From assembly GCA_963708265.1 (NCBI GenBank), contig CAVPSC010000003.1:22857-86856 (forward strand): DNA of 64,000 nucleotides, in the 5' to 3' direction. This DNA comes from an uncultured Actinomycetes bacterium. Its GTDB lineage: Bacteria > Actinomycetota > Thermoleophilia > Gaiellales > Gaiellaceae. This document shows positions 28,486 to 38,580 of this stretch, one piece after another. The notes beneath the pieces are model-generated. The model did not search any database. It was given only the letters and a program-made list of their open reading frames with translations, and was not told the origin of the DNA. Numbering within the stretch: position 1 is the first letter of the stretch; the number at the start of each line of letters is the position of its first letter. A program made the position numbers and the translations under genes.

Positions 28486-29330
28486 TGCCGCTCAAGAAGT
28501 ACAAGCCCACGAGCCCGGGCCGCCGCTTCATGACCGTGTCCGGATTCGACGACGTCACGAAGACGGAGCCGGAGAAGTCGCTCGTCGAGCCGCTCAAGAA
28601 GACCGGCGGCCGGAACAACCGGGGCCGCGTGACCTCGCGCCACCAGGGGGGCGGGCACAAGCGGCAGTACCGGAAGATCGACTTCAAACGCACGAAGGAC
28701 GGCATTCCCGCGAGGGTGGCGGCGATCGAGTACGACCCCAACAGGTCGGCTCGGATCGCACTCCTCCACTACGCCGACGGCGCGAAGGCGTACATCCTCG
28801 CCCCGGTGCGCCTTCGCGTGGGCACGACGGTCGAGTCCGGCCCCGAGGCGGACATCAAGCCGGGCAACGCGCTACCGCTCGCGAACATCCCGACCGGAAC
28901 GCTCGTCCACAACGTGGAGCTGAAGCCCGGCCAGGGCGGACGCATGGCGCGCTCGGCCGGTTCGTCCGTCCAGCTCGTCGCGAAGGACGGCGGGCACGGC
29001 GTCCTTCGGCTTCCGTCGGGTGAGCTCCGGCGCGTGCTCCTCACGTGCCGAGCGACCGTCGGCCAGGTCGGGAACGCGGACCACGCGAACCAATCGAGCG
29101 GAAAGGCGGGCCGCACGCGCTGGCTCGGAAAGCGGCCGACGGTGCGCGGCTCGGCGATGAACCCCGTCGACCACCCGCACGGTGGCGGCGAGGGCAAGTC
29201 GAAGGGCGGTCGCCACCCCGTTACGCCGTGGGGCGTGCCGACGCTCGGCAAGCGCACCCGCCGCAAGCGCAAGGAATCGGACAAGTTGATCGTCCGCGGC
29301 CGCCGCCGCGGCAAGGAAAGGAAGCGCTAG
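28485..29330 (+). CDS. rplB: 50S ribosomal protein L2
   Basis: In-frame ATG 28485 (TGATG overlap). [15 protein letters not shown]...GGGHKRQYR. Confidence 0.97.
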   Translation: MPLKKYKPTSPGRRFMTVSGFDDVTKTEPEKSLVEPLKKTGGRNNRGRVTSRHQGGGHKRQYRKIDFKRTKDGIPARVAAIEYDPNRSARIALLHYADGAKAYILAPVRLRVGTTVESGPEADIKPGNALPLANIPTGTLVHNVELKPGQGGRMARSAGSSVQLVAKDGGHGVLRLPSGELRRVLLTCRATVGQVGNADHANQSSGKAGRTRWLGKRPTVRGSAMNPVDHPHGGGEGKSKGGRHPVTPWGVPTLGKRTRRKRKESDKLIVRGRRRGKERKR

Positions 29331-29615
29331 GTGTCGAGGTCGTCGCGGAAGGGCCCGTACGTCGAGGATCGGCTGCTCAGCCGGATCGAAGCCATGAATG
29401 CCTCCGGGGACAAGCGGATGATCCGCACCTGGTCGCGCGCGTCCACGATCTTCCCGGAGATGGTGGGGCACACGGTCGCGGTCCACGACGGGCGCAAGCA
29501 CGTCCCCGTGTTCGTGAGCGAGCAGATGGTCGGGCACAAGCTCGGCGAGTTCGCGCCGACGCGGACGTTCCGCGGTCACTCCGGCGACCGCCAGACCCAG
29601 GTGAAGAAGCGCTGA
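29331..29615 (+). CDS. rpsS: 30S ribosomal protein S19
   Basis: 94 aa, GTG start. [10 protein letters not shown]...HDGRKHVPV. Confidence 0.97.
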   Translation: MSRSSRKGPYVEDRLLSRIEAMNASGDKRMIRTWSRASTIFPEMVGHTVAVHDGRKHVPVFVSEQMVGHKLGEFAPTRTFRGHSGDRQTQVKKR

Positions 29616-29620
29616 CGCAG

Positions 29621-30109
29621 ATGGCCGCGATCGCAGACGACAGACAGCGCGTCCAGGCGCAGGGGAAGTGGATTCGCATGTCCGCGCGAAAGGCGCGGAT
29701 CGTGCTCGACCACATTCGCGGCCGCACGGTGCCGGAGGCTCGGACGATCCTCGCCTTCACGCAGCGTGCCGCGGCGACCGAGATCGAGAAGGTGCTCCGC
29801 TCCGCGGTCGCGAACGCGGAGGCGAACGCCGGGCTCGACGGCGACGAGCTCGTGGTCGAGGCGGCCTACGCGGACGAGGGGCCGACGCTGAAGCGCTGGC
29901 GTCCTCGCGCGCGCGGCCGTGTGAACCGGATCCGCAAGCGCTCCTGCCACGTCACGATCGTCCTCGTCGAGGCGCCGGAGCCCACCACGCCGCGGCGGCG
30001 CGGCCGCAAGGCGGCTGCACACGAGATCGAGGAGATGGCGCCGGAGGCCGAGGCTGCCGAGAAGCCGAAGCGGAGAACGCCACGACGGAAGAAGGAGGTT
30101 GCGGCCTAA
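29621..30109 (+). CDS. rplV: 50S ribosomal protein L22 (C-terminally extended)
   Basis: In-frame ATG 29621 of track ORF 29045..30109. RMSARKARIVLDHIRGRTV. 162 aa. Confidence 0.95.
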   Translation: MAAIADDRQRVQAQGKWIRMSARKARIVLDHIRGRTVPEARTILAFTQRAAATEIEKVLRSAVANAEANAGLDGDELVVEAAYADEGPTLKRWRPRARGRVNRIRKRSCHVTIVLVEAPEPTTPRRRGRKAAAHEIEEMAPEAEAAEKPKRRTPRRKKEVAA

Positions 30110-31077
30110 TGGGCCAGAAGGTGCATCCCGGCGGCTTCCGCGTGGGCGTCATCCACGACTGGAAGTCCAACTGGTGGACGGGCAAGCGCGAGTTCTCGGC
30201 GTACCTGCTCGAGGACGTTCGCATTCGCGAGCACATCCTCAAGAAGCTGTCCCACGCGGGGCTCTCCGACATCCTGATCCGCAAGGACAAGCAGCGGATC
30301 ACGGTGGACATCTACACGGCGCGCCCGGGCATCGTGATCGGCAAGTCGGGCGTCGAGGTCGACGCGCTCCGCCGCGAGCTCCACGCGGTCACGAAGAAGA
30401 ACGTCCACATCAACATCAACGAGATCAAGCGGCCCGAGCTCGACGCCAAGCTCGTCGCACAGTCGATCGCCGAGCAGCTCGAGAACCGTGTGAGCTTCCG
30501 CCGCGCGATGAAGCGCTCACTCGCGTCGGCCATGCGCTCCGGCGCTCAGGGGATCAAGATCACCGCGGCTGGCCGGTTGACGGGCGGCGAGATGAGCCGT
30601 CGAGAGATGTACTCGGAGGGCCGCGTGCCGCTCCACACCATCCGCGCCGACATCGACTACGGCCTCGCCGAGGCGAGAACGACCGCAGGCGCGATCGGAG
30701 TGAAGGTCTGGATCAACAAGGGCGAGATCATGCCCGAGGGCTTCGAGGGAGCGGGCGGCCGCGACTCGCGCCTCGGCGACCAGGACCAGGCGCGTCGCCG
30801 ACGCGGAACGTCGTCCGAGGGGCTCGGAGCCTCTCGCGAGGGACGTGGCCGGACCGTCGATCGCGAGGGCCTCGGCATCGTGCCGCGTAAACGGCGCGGC
30901 GGCGGCCAGCGGCCCGGCGGCGGTCGTGGAGGAGCGCGGCCGCGTCGCGACGCGGAAGCGCCCGGCGCGAGTGTCGAGCAGCAGGCCGTGGACACCGAAC
31001 CGACGGTCGTCGAGCCGGAGGTGCCCGCGACGGAGGCAGCGCCGGACGCACCGGCCGAGACGGAAGGCGACGCCTGA
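30109..31077 (+). CDS. rpsC: 30S ribosomal protein S3 (~105-aa RG-rich/acidic C-terminal extension)
   Basis: In-frame ATG 30109 (TAATG overlap). [14 protein letters not shown]. 322 aa. Confidence 0.96.
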   Translation: MGQKVHPGGFRVGVIHDWKSNWWTGKREFSAYLLEDVRIREHILKKLSHAGLSDILIRKDKQRITVDIYTARPGIVIGKSGVEVDALRRELHAVTKKNVHININEIKRPELDAKLVAQSIAEQLENRVSFRRAMKRSLASAMRSGAQGIKITAAGRLTGGEMSRREMYSEGRVPLHTIRADIDYGLAEARTTAGAIGVKVWINKGEIMPEGFEGAGGRDSRLGDQDQARRRRGTSSEGLGASREGRGRTVDREGLGIVPRKRRGGGQRPGGGRGGARPRRDAEAPGASVEQQAVDTEPTVVEPEVPATEAAPDAPAETEGDA

Positions 31078-31502
31078 TGTTGATGCCGCGCAAGACCAAG
31101 TTCCGCCGCTATCACCGTGGGCGTCGCGCGGGCTACTCGAAAGGGCAGACGTCGGTGCAGTTCGGCGACTACGGGCTGAAGGCGCTCGAGACGGGTTGGG
31201 TCACCAACCGCCAGATCGAGGCCGCACGCATCGCCGCGACCCGCAAGATCCGCCGTAGCGGGAAGGTATGGATCAACCTCTTCCCGGACAAGCCGTACAC
31301 GAAGAAGCCGGCGGAGACGCGCATGGGCTCCGGCAAGGGCTCGCCCGAAGGCTGGGTCGCGGTCGTGAAGCCCGGCCGCGTCATGTTCGAGCTCGCCGGC
31401 GTCCCGGAGCCGCTCGCCAAGGAGGCGCTTCGCCTGGCGGGCCAGAAGCTGCCGCTCAAGACGAAGTTCGTGAAGAGGGAGGCGGATCTCTTTGAGAGCT
31501 AA
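31077..31502 (+). CDS. rplP: 50S ribosomal protein L16
   Basis: 141 aa. [16 protein letters not shown]. Confidence 0.97.
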   Translation: MLMPRKTKFRRYHRGRRAGYSKGQTSVQFGDYGLKALETGWVTNRQIEAARIAATRKIRRSGKVWINLFPDKPYTKKPAETRMGSGKGSPEGWVAVVKPGRVMFELAGVPEPLAKEALRLAGQKLPLKTKFVKREADLFES

Positions 31503-31692
31503 GGAGCTTCGCGAGCTCTCCGACGAGGAGCTCGACGAGAAGATGGCCGAGACGCGGCAGGAGCTCTTCAACCTGCGCTTCCAGACCGCGACCGGCGTGC
31601 TCGAGAACAGCGCGCGCCTCCGCCATGCCAAACGCGAGATCTCCCGGATCCTGACCGTCAAGAACGAACGCGCGCGATTGGGGACGAAGTAG
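31492..31692 (+). CDS. rpmC: 50S ribosomal protein L29
   Basis: 66 aa, TTG start overlapping the rplP end. [26 protein letters not shown]. Confidence 0.93.
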   Translation: MRAKELRELSDEELDEKMAETRQELFNLRFQTATGVLENSARLRHAKREISRILTVKNERARLGTK

Positions 31693-32373
31693 ATGGCCGA
31701 CGAAGAGCAGATGGAGCAGGACGCCTCGACCGAGGCCGAGGCTCCCGAGGGCGAGACGACACCCGAGGCGCGGGCGGACGAGCCGGTCGCGGAGTCGGAC
31801 ACCGACGCGCCGGAAGGGGACGAGGCACCGGGGCTCGATGCTGCTGCCGAGCCGGCGGCCGAGCCCACGGCAGAGGAGCCGGCTGCCGAGCCGGAGCCGG
31901 CTGCGGACGAGCCGACCGCGGAAGCGGCGTCCGACGAATCGCCCCCCGCTGCCGAGGCGACCGCGGAGGCTCCCGCCGCCGAGGCGGAGACTCCCGCTGT
32001 GCCCGAGAAGAAGCGGAAGAAGAAACGGCTTTCGCGCTCCCTCCGCCCTGCGCGCTCGAAGCCGAAGCGCGAGCAGCCGGCCGAGCGGAGGCCGATCGTG
32101 CGCCTCGAGAAACCCGAGCACGTGCGCGGGCGCCGGCAGGAGCGCCAGGGGACGGTCGTCTCCTCGGCGTCCGACAAGACGATCGTCGTCCGCGTCGATC
32201 TGGTGAAGATCCACCCGCGGTACAAGAAGGTCATCCGCCGGAGCGCGAAGCTCCACGCGCACGACGAGACGAACGAGGCGAAGGTCGGCGACGTCGTGAA
32301 GATCGTGGAGACCCGTCCGCTCTCGCGGATGAAGCGCTGGCGGCTGCAGGAGATCGTGAGGGCCGCGAAGTGA
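31693..32373 (+). CDS. rpsQ: 30S ribosomal protein S17 with ~140-aa N-terminal low-complexity extension
   Basis: ATG immediately follows the rpmC TAG. C-terminal ~85 aa is canonical S17 ([18 protein letters not shown]...RWRLQEIV). Internal GTG alternatives at 32095 and 32122. Confidence 0.85.
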   Translation: MADEEQMEQDASTEAEAPEGETTPEARADEPVAESDTDAPEGDEAPGLDAAAEPAAEPTAEEPAAEPEPAADEPTAEAASDESPPAAEATAEAPAAEAETPAVPEKKRKKKRLSRSLRPARSKPKREQPAERRPIVRLEKPEHVRGRRQERQGTVVSSASDKTIVVRVDLVKIHPRYKKVIRRSAKLHAHDETNEAKVGDVVKIVETRPLSRMKRWRLQEIVRAAK

Positions 32374-32386
32374 GCCGGGGCCTCGC

Positions 32387-32755
32387 GTGATCCAGCAGGA
32401 GTCACGTCTCCGGGTCGCGGACAACACGGGAGCGCGCGAGCTCCTGTGCATCCGCGTGCTCGGCGGGTCGCACCGGCGCTACGCCCGGGTCGGCGACATC
32501 ATCGTTGCTACGGTGAAGACCGCCACTCCTCAGGGCGCGGTGAAGAAGGGCGAGGTCGTGCGGGCGGTCGTCGTGCGCACGAAGAAGCCCTTCAGCCGGG
32601 ACGACGGCACGCTCATCGGCTTCGACGAGAACGCCGCCGTCCTCATCGACCAGCAGTCGAACCCGCGCGGGACGCGCATCTTCGGCCCCGTCGCGCGTGA
32701 GCTGCGCGAGAAGAACTTCATGAAGATCGTCAGCCTGGCTCCAGAGGTGCTCTAG
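32387..32755 (+). CDS. rplN: 50S ribosomal protein L14
   Basis: 122 aa, GTG start. [18 protein letters not shown]. Confidence 0.97.
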   Translation: MIQQESRLRVADNTGARELLCIRVLGGSHRRYARVGDIIVATVKTATPQGAVKKGEVVRAVVVRTKKPFSRDDGTLIGFDENAAVLIDQQSNPRGTRIFGPVARELREKNFMKIVSLAPEVL

Positions 32756-33127
32756 ATGGCTCGGAAGATGAAGGTGAAGAAGGGCGACATGGTGCAGATC
32801 CTCACCGGCAAGGACCGCGGGAAGCGGGGCCGGGTGGTCGAGGCGCGCCCCGTGGAGCGCCGCGTGATCGTCGAGAACCTCAACGTTGCGAAGCGGCACA
32901 CGCGACCCAAGCCGATTCGCGACTCCTCGCGGATGGGCGGCGCGCAGGTCGTGCCGGGAGGGATTCTCGACAAGCCCGCGCCCGTGCCGGTGTCGAACGT
33001 CATGGTCGTCTGCCCGGTCTGCGGGAACCCGACACGCGTCGGGGTCCTCGAGAAAGAGGTCAAGGGCGAGATCGTCCGCGTCCGCGTCTGCAAGCGCGAG
33101 GGTTGCGGGCAGGAGATCGATCGGTGA
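32756..33127 (+). CDS. rplX: 50S ribosomal protein L24 (Cys4 variant)
   Basis: 123 aa. [25 protein letters not shown] motif. C-terminal CPVCG...CKREGC. Confidence 0.95.
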   Translation: MARKMKVKKGDMVQILTGKDRGKRGRVVEARPVERRVIVENLNVAKRHTRPKPIRDSSRMGGAQVVPGGILDKPAPVPVSNVMVVCPVCGNPTRVGVLEKEVKGEIVRVRVCKREGCGQEIDR

Positions 33128-33714
33128 GCACCGCCACAGCCCCGACTCCCGAGACGTACGTCCCGCGCCTCAAGGAGCGGTACGAGAGCGAGATCCGACC
33201 GCGCCTGCAGGAGGGGCTCGGCGTCTCCTCGACGATGCAGGTCCCGCGGGTCACCAAGGTCACGCTGAACATGGGCGTCGGCGAGGCGAAGACGGATGCG
33301 AAGGCGCTGGACGCGGCCATCGAGGAGCTGACCGTGATCTCGGGCCAGCATGCGCAGGTCCGGCGCGCGACGAAGTCCATCGCGAGCTTCAAGCTCCGCG
33401 AGGGCATGCCCGTCGGTGCGCGTGTGACGCTGCGGGGCGCACGCATGTACGAGTTCCTCGACCGACTCGCCTCGATCGCGCTCCCCCGAATCCGTGACTT
33501 CCGCGGTCTCGACCCCGGCTCGTTCGACGGTCGCGGCAACTACTCCATCGGTATCCGGGAGCAGATCATCTTCCCCGAGGTCGACTACGACAGGGTTCCG
33601 GCCATCCGTGGCCTCGACATCGCGATCACGACGTCGGCGAAGTCGGACGAGGCGGGGCACGCGCTCCTCGCCGCGCTCGGCCTGCCGTTCGCCGAATTCA
33701 GAAGGGACTCGTAA
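33124..33714 (+). CDS. rplE: 50S ribosomal protein L5
   Basis: GTG 33124 (GTGA overlap with the rplX stop) in track ORF 33103..33714; ATG 33103 is the alternative. [15 protein letters not shown]...[10 protein letters not shown]. Confidence 0.93.
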   Translation: MSTATAPTPETYVPRLKERYESEIRPRLQEGLGVSSTMQVPRVTKVTLNMGVGEAKTDAKALDAAIEELTVISGQHAQVRRATKSIASFKLREGMPVGARVTLRGARMYEFLDRLASIALPRIRDFRGLDPGSFDGRGNYSIGIREQIIFPEVDYDRVPAIRGLDIAITTSAKSDEAGHALLAALGLPFAEFRRDS

Positions 33715-33717
33715 CGC

Positions 33718-33903
33718 ATGGCCAAGAAGTCGCTCGTCGTCAAGCAGCAGCGGGAGCCGAAGTACACGGTGCGCGGGTATTCCCGCTGCAACCGCTGTGG
33801 TCGCCCGCGTGCCGTCTACCGCAAGTTCGGCGTCTGCCGGATCTGCCTGCGGGAACTCGCGCATCAGGGCGCGGTCCCGGGAATGACGAAGTCGAGCTGG
33901 TAG
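33718..33903 (+). CDS. rpsZ: 30S ribosomal protein S14 type Z (zinc-binding)
   Basis: 61 aa. [20 protein letters not shown]. Confidence 0.96.
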   Translation: MAKKSLVVKQQREPKYTVRGYSRCNRCGRPRAVYRKFGVCRICLRELAHQGAVPGMTKSSW

Positions 33904-33913
33904 GAGGACGAAG

Positions 33914-34330
33914 GTGCTGACCGACCCCATCGCCGACATGCTCACCCGCGTCCGAAATGCGAATCGCGCACTCCACGACTCGGCCTCGATGCCGACCTCG
34001 CGCATGAAGGAGGAGATCGCCCGCATCCTCAAGGACGAGGGCTACATCCGGGACTTCCAGATCGTGCAGCTCACGGACGAGAAGGACAAGCCGCTGCCGC
34101 ACCGCACCCTCGTCATCGAGCTCAAGTTCGGCAAGGATCGCCGGCGCGTGATCACCGACCTCAAGCGCGTGTCGAAGCCGGGCCGGCGGGTGTACGCGGG
34201 GAAGGACCGGCTCCCGCGTGTGCTCGGCGGGCTCGGCACCGCGATCATGTCCACCTCGAGCGGCGTCATCACGCACCGCCAGGCCGCGCAGCGCGGCGTC
34301 GGCGGCGAGGTCATCGCCTTCGTCTGGTAG
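33914..34330 (+). CDS. rpsH: 30S ribosomal protein S8
   Basis: 138 aa, GTG start. [15 protein letters not shown]. Confidence 0.97.
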   Translation: MLTDPIADMLTRVRNANRALHDSASMPTSRMKEEIARILKDEGYIRDFQIVQLTDEKDKPLPHRTLVIELKFGKDRRRVITDLKRVSKPGRRVYAGKDRLPRVLGGLGTAIMSTSSGVITHRQAAQRGVGGEVIAFVW

Positions 34331-34332
34331 CG

Positions 34333-34866
34333 ATGTCGCGGATCGGCAGAAAACCCATCGAGGTCCCGGCCGGCGTCACGGTCGCGATCTCGCACGGTCG
34401 CGTGCAGGTGAACGGACCGCTCGGAGAACTGAGTCAGACGGTTCCCACGCGTATGCAGATCGAGAAGGAGGAGAACGAGGTCGTCGTCACCCGGCCGACC
34501 GAGCGCGGCCAGGACCGCGCGCTCCACGGTCTCACGCGGACTCTGATCGCGAACATGGTCGAGGGCGTGACGCAGGGCTTCGAGAAGCACCTCGAGATCC
34601 AGGGGGTCGGCTACCGCGCGCAGCTCAAGGGCTCCGACCTCGAGCTCGCGGTCGGCTACTCGCATCCGGTCGTGATCCGGCCCCGGGACGGCATCTCGTT
34701 CGACGTCCCCATTCCCACCCAGGTCGTGGTCAAGGGCATCGACAAGCAGATGGTCGGGCAGACGGCTGCGGAGATCCGGAAGGTCCGTCCGCCCGAACCG
34801 TACAAGGGCAAGGGAATCCGCTACCGCGACGAGCAAGTCCGCAGGAAGGTCGGAAAGAGGGCATGA
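34333..34866 (+). CDS. rplF: 50S ribosomal protein L6
   Basis: 177 aa. [15 protein letters not shown]. Confidence 0.97.
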   Translation: MSRIGRKPIEVPAGVTVAISHGRVQVNGPLGELSQTVPTRMQIEKEENEVVVTRPTERGQDRALHGLTRTLIANMVEGVTQGFEKHLEIQGVGYRAQLKGSDLELAVGYSHPVVIRPRDGISFDVPIPTQVVVKGIDKQMVGQTAAEIRKVRPPEPYKGKGIRYRDEQVRRKVGKRA

Positions 34867-35002
34867 GCAACGCTCGCCCTAGACTCGCGTTCGAGGGGGA
34901 AACCATGTTTCCCCCTCGTGCCCACTTCTTCCTGGGAACGTCGCGAGCCTCCCGGTTCCCCACGCCCCTTCACGCTCATGCGCGGGGGAAGTGCGCATGA
35001 GC
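34861..35002 (+). repeat. Inserted structured spacer between rplF and rplR, flanked by direct repeat GCATGAGC; contains 12-bp perfect hairpin and an open 45-codon frame (34863..35000)
   Basis: GCATGAGC at 34861-34868 and 34995-35002, with an inverted copy GCTCATGC at 34974-34981. Hairpin CGAGGGGGAAAC-cat-GTTTCCCCCTCG at 34892-34918. ATGA stop/start overlaps at both ends. Confidence 0.6.
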
Positions 35003-35344
35003 GCCACGAAGGTCGAAGCGCGTAAGCGCCGTCATCGCCGCGTCCGCGGCAAGATCGCCGGAACCGCCGATCGCCCCCGCCTCGTCGTGCACCGCTCGAA
35101 CCGCGGGATCTCCGCCCAGCTCGTGGACGACGAGAGCGGCCGCACGCTCGCCGGAGCATCCTGGTCGGCCGTACACGCGAGCGCGAACAAGACGGAGCAG
35201 GCGCGGGAGGTCGGCAAGGCCGTCGCCGCGGCCGCGAAGAAGGCCGGCATCGAGACCTGCGTGTTCGATCGCGCGGGCTACCTTTACCACGGACGCGTGC
35301 AGGCGCTCGCCGAGGGCGCGCGCGAGGGAGGACTTCGATTTTGA
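34997..35344 (+). CDS. rplR: 50S ribosomal protein L18
   Basis: Frame of track ORF 34991..35344. ATG 34997 has SD GGGGGAAG 6 nt upstream; GTG 34991 is the alternative. [17 protein letters not shown]. Confidence 0.93.
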   Translation: MSATKVEARKRRHRRVRGKIAGTADRPRLVVHRSNRGISAQLVDDESGRTLAGASWSAVHASANKTEQAREVGKAVAAAAKKAGIETCVFDRAGYLYHGRVQALAEGAREGGLRF

Positions 35345-35937
35345 GCACCAGAGACGTCATGGAGACCCGTGAGCTGAAGGAGCGGGTGATCGAGATCAAC
35401 CGCGTCGCCAAGGTGGTCAAGGGCGGCCGCCGGTTCTCGTTCACGGCGCTCGTCGTCATCGGGGACGAGGTCGACCGCGTCGGCCTCGGCTACGGGAAGG
35501 CGCGCGAGGTGCCGCTCGCGATCTCGAAGGCCGTGGAGGACGCGAAGAAGAACCTCTTTCGCGTCCCGAAGCACGGACAGACGATCACGCACGAGATCAT
35601 CGGTCGCTTCGACGCGGCGCGGGTCGTCCTGCGCCCTGCGAGCGAGGGCACCGGCGTCATCGCCGGCGGCGGCGTGCGCGCGGTCCTCGAGCTCGCCGGC
35701 ATCCGCGACGTGCTCGCGAAGAGCCTCGGCACGACGACGCCGATCAACATGACCCGCGCGACCGTCCAGGGCCTGCGCAGGCTCGAGCGTCCGGAGGACG
35801 TGGCAGAGCGCCGCGGCAAGACGATCGCGGAGGTCCTTCCGCTCCCGAGGACGCCGCGGCCGATCGTGGAGGACCCGCCCGAAACCGAGGAAGCTCCCGA
35901 GCCGGAGGCGGCTGCAGCGGAGGGTGTTGAGGCGTGA
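35341..35937 (+). CDS. rpsE: 30S ribosomal protein S5 (acidic C-terminal tail)
   Basis: 198 aa, TTG start overlapping the rplR stop (alternative ATG 35359). [19 protein letters not shown]. Confidence 0.95.
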   Translation: MSTRDVMETRELKERVIEINRVAKVVKGGRRFSFTALVVIGDEVDRVGLGYGKAREVPLAISKAVEDAKKNLFRVPKHGQTITHEIIGRFDAARVVLRPASEGTGVIAGGGVRAVLELAGIRDVLAKSLGTTTPINMTRATVQGLRRLERPEDVAERRGKTIAEVLPLPRTPRPIVEDPPETEEAPEPEAAAAEGVEA

Positions 35938-36122
35938 GCGCGACGCTCAGGGTCACCCAGGTGCGGAGCGGGATCAGCCAGTCCGATCGCCACCGCGGCA
36001 CGTTGCGCGCGCTCGGGCTCGGGAAGATCGGCAGGAGCGCAGAGCACGCGGACTCTCCGCAGCTCCGCGGGATGCTCCGCCAGGTGAAGCACCTCGTCCG
36101 GATCGACGGTGAGGAGGCGTAG
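35934..36122 (+). CDS. rpmD: 50S ribosomal protein L30
   Basis: 62 aa, GTGA overlap with rps[26 protein letters not shown]. Confidence 0.95.
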   Translation: MSATLRVTQVRSGISQSDRHRGTLRALGLGKIGRSAEHADSPQLRGMLRQVKHLVRIDGEEA

Positions 36123-36746
36123 ATGGCCGACGAGCTGAACCTCTCCAACCTCTCGCCCGCGCAACCGCGCACTAACCGTAAGCGCGTCGGTCGGGGGCTC
36201 GGCTCCGGCAAGGGACGCTACTCGGGCCGCGGCCTCAAGGGCCAGAAGTCGCGCGCGGGCTCCCACAAGATGCCCGCCGGCTTCGAGGGCGGTCAGATGC
36301 CGATCGACATGCGGCTCGGGAAGCTCCGCGGGAACACGTCCGCGGACGCGATGCCCGTCGGCCCGTTCCGGACCCACACGCAGCCCGTCAACGTCGCCTC
36401 GCTCGAGGCCCGCTTCGACGCGGGCGCGGAGGTGACTCCGGAGTCGCTCAAGGCGACCGGCCTCGTCCGCAAGCTCTCGATCGACGTCAAGGTTCTCGGC
36501 GGGGGCGAGCTGACGAAGAAGCTCTCCGTGTCCGCGCACGGCTTCTCGAAGTCGGCGATCGAGAAGATCGAGGGCGCCGGCGGAACCGTGACGTGGCTCC
36601 GCGGCGAGCCGGTCGAGAAGAAGCGCAAGCGGCACAAGGCGGCGGCCCCCGTCGCCGAGGAGCCGGAGATCGAGACCGATGCCACCGCGGCCGAGGAGGC
36701 TCCGGCCGAAGAGCCTGCGCCTCCCGACGACGAAGGGGCCGAGTAG
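36123..36746 (+). CDS. rplO: 50S ribosomal protein L15 (acidic C-terminal tail)
   Basis: 207 aa. [27 protein letters not shown]. Confidence 0.96.
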   Translation: MADELNLSNLSPAQPRTNRKRVGRGLGSGKGRYSGRGLKGQKSRAGSHKMPAGFEGGQMPIDMRLGKLRGNTSADAMPVGPFRTHTQPVNVASLEARFDAGAEVTPESLKATGLVRKLSIDVKVLGGGELTKKLSVSAHGFSKSAIEKIEGAGGTVTWLRGEPVEKKRKRHKAAAPVAEEPEIETDATAAEEAPAEEPAPPDDEGAE

Positions 36747-36748
36747 CG

Positions 36749-38002
36749 GTGTTCTCCTGGCTCGCGAACGCCTGGCGGGTCCCCGAGCTCCGGAATCGCG
36801 TGCTCTTCACCGCGATGATTCTCGGCTTCTACCGGCTCGGGTCGTGGATTCCGGCGCCTGGCGTCAACTCGGACACGATCTCGAACTACTTCTCGGGGCG
36901 GGGCGGCACCGTCCTCGGCCTGCTCAACCTGTTCTCGGGCGGCGCGCTGTCGCAGTTCTCGCTCTTCGCGCTCGGGATCATGCCCTTCGTCACCGCGTCG
37001 ATCATCCTCCAGCTCCTGACGGTCGTCATCCCACGGCTCGCCGAGCTGCAGAAGGAGGGCGAGGCCGGGTACGCGAAGATCACGCAGTACACGCGCTACC
37101 TGACCGTGGTGCTCGCCGCCGCCCAGGCAACCGGGTACGCGTACCTCTTCCGGAGCCAGGGCGCGCTGCAGGCGGACACCGGGCGGGTCGTCCTGATCGT
37201 CGTGTCCCTGACGGCCGCGACCGTGCTCCTCATGTGGATGGGTGAGCTGATCACGAAGCGGGGCATCGGCAACGGGATCTCGATCCTGATCTTCGCCTCG
37301 ATCCTCGTCGCCGCACCGCTCGCGATCGCGGCGTGGTGGAACGGCGGCCCGATGGAGAAGCTCTTCTTCCCGCTCATCGCGCTCTCGGTCTGCGCCTCGG
37401 TCGTCTTCGTGCAGGAAGGCCAGCGGAGGATTCCGATCCAGTACGCGAAGCGCATGGTCGGCCGGCGCATGACCGCAGGCGGCTCGACCTACCTACCGCT
37501 GCGTGTGAACATGGCCGGGGTCATCCCGATCATCTTCGCGGCCGCGATCCTCGCCTTCCCGCCGACGATCGCGCAGTACTTCCCGGCGACGCAGGCGTTC
37601 ATCAACCAGCACTTCCAGCCCGGGAACCTCACGTACCTCTTGATCGAGGGCGCGATGATCGTGATCTTCACGTACTTCTACACAGCCGTTCAGTTCAACC
37701 CGGTCGACCAGGCGGACAACCTGCGCAAGTACGGGGGATACATTCCCGGGATCCGACCCGGCCCGCCGACGGCGCAGTACCTCGACCGGGTGCTCTCGCG
37801 CCTCACCTTGCCCGGATCGCTCTTCCTCGCGGCGGTGGCGATCCTGCCGAGCCTCTTCATCCGGTACGGCGGCTTCTCACAGGCGAGCGCCCGCGCGCTC
37901 GGCGGGACGTCGGTGCTGATCGTGGTCGGCGTCGCGCTCGACACGATGCGGCAGATGGAGTCGCAGATGATGATGCGCTCCTACGAGGGCTTCCTGAAGT
38001 AG
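36749..38002 (+). CDS. secY: Preprotein translocase subunit SecY
   Basis: In-frame GTG 36749 of track ORF 36593..38002. VPELRNRVLFTAMILGFYRLGSWIPAPGV. Multi-TM. Confidence 0.96.
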   Translation: MFSWLANAWRVPELRNRVLFTAMILGFYRLGSWIPAPGVNSDTISNYFSGRGGTVLGLLNLFSGGALSQFSLFALGIMPFVTASIILQLLTVVIPRLAELQKEGEAGYAKITQYTRYLTVVLAAAQATGYAYLFRSQGALQADTGRVVLIVVSLTAATVLLMWMGELITKRGIGNGISILIFASILVAAPLAIAAWWNGGPMEKLFFPLIALSVCASVVFVQEGQRRIPIQYAKRMVGRRMTAGGSTYLPLRVNMAGVIPIIFAAAILAFPPTIAQYFPATQAFINQHFQPGNLTYLLIEGAMIVIFTYFYTAVQFNPVDQADNLRKYGGYIPGIRPGPPTAQYLDRVLSRLTLPGSLFLAAVAILPSLFIRYGGFSQASARALGGTSVLIVVGVALDTMRQMESQMMMRSYEGFLK

Positions 38003-38015
38003 CGAGGCCCTCGCG

Positions 38016-38579
38016 TTGAGGATCTTGATCCTGGGCCTGCAAGGGTCCGGCAAAGGCACCCAGGCGAAGCTGATGGCCGCCGTGTACGGCGTCCCGCACG
38101 TCGCGACGGGCGACATCTTCCGCGACGCGATGGCCGAAGGCAGCGAACTCGGAGAGCGCGTCCGTCCGTACTACGAGGCCGGAGATCTCGTCCCCGACGA
38201 TCTCACGATCGAGCTCATCCGCGAGCGGCTCGCGGGCGAAGACGGCTTCGTGCTCGACGGCTTCCCTCGCACGCTTCCACAGGCCGAGGCGCTCGACGCG
38301 ATGCTCGAGGAGATCGGCAAGCCGCTCGACGTCGTGCTCCTGCTCGAGGTGAGCGACGACGTCGCCTTCGCGCGGCTGACCAAGCGCCGTGAGGTCGAGG
38401 GCCGTGCCGACGACACCCCGGAGGGAATCCGGAACAGACTCCGGCACTACCACGAGCGTACGGAGCCGGTCGTCGAGCGCTATCGGAACGAGGGTCGGCT
38501 GGTCGCGGTCGACGGCGAGCGGGGGGTCGACGAGGTCGCGGGCGCTATCGAGGACGCCCTCCGGGTCGGGGCTCACTGA
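38016..38579 (+). CDS. adk: Adenylate kinase (short-lid type)
   Basis: 187 aa, TTG start. MRILILGLQGSGKGTQ. Confidence 0.95.
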   Translation: MRILILGLQGSGKGTQAKLMAAVYGVPHVATGDIFRDAMAEGSELGERVRPYYEAGDLVPDDLTIELIRERLAGEDGFVLDGFPRTLPQAEALDAMLEEIGKPLDVVLLLEVSDDVAFARLTKRREVEGRADDTPEGIRNRLRHYHERTEPVVERYRNEGRLVAVDGERGVDEVAGAIEDALRVGAH

Positions 38580-38580
38580 G

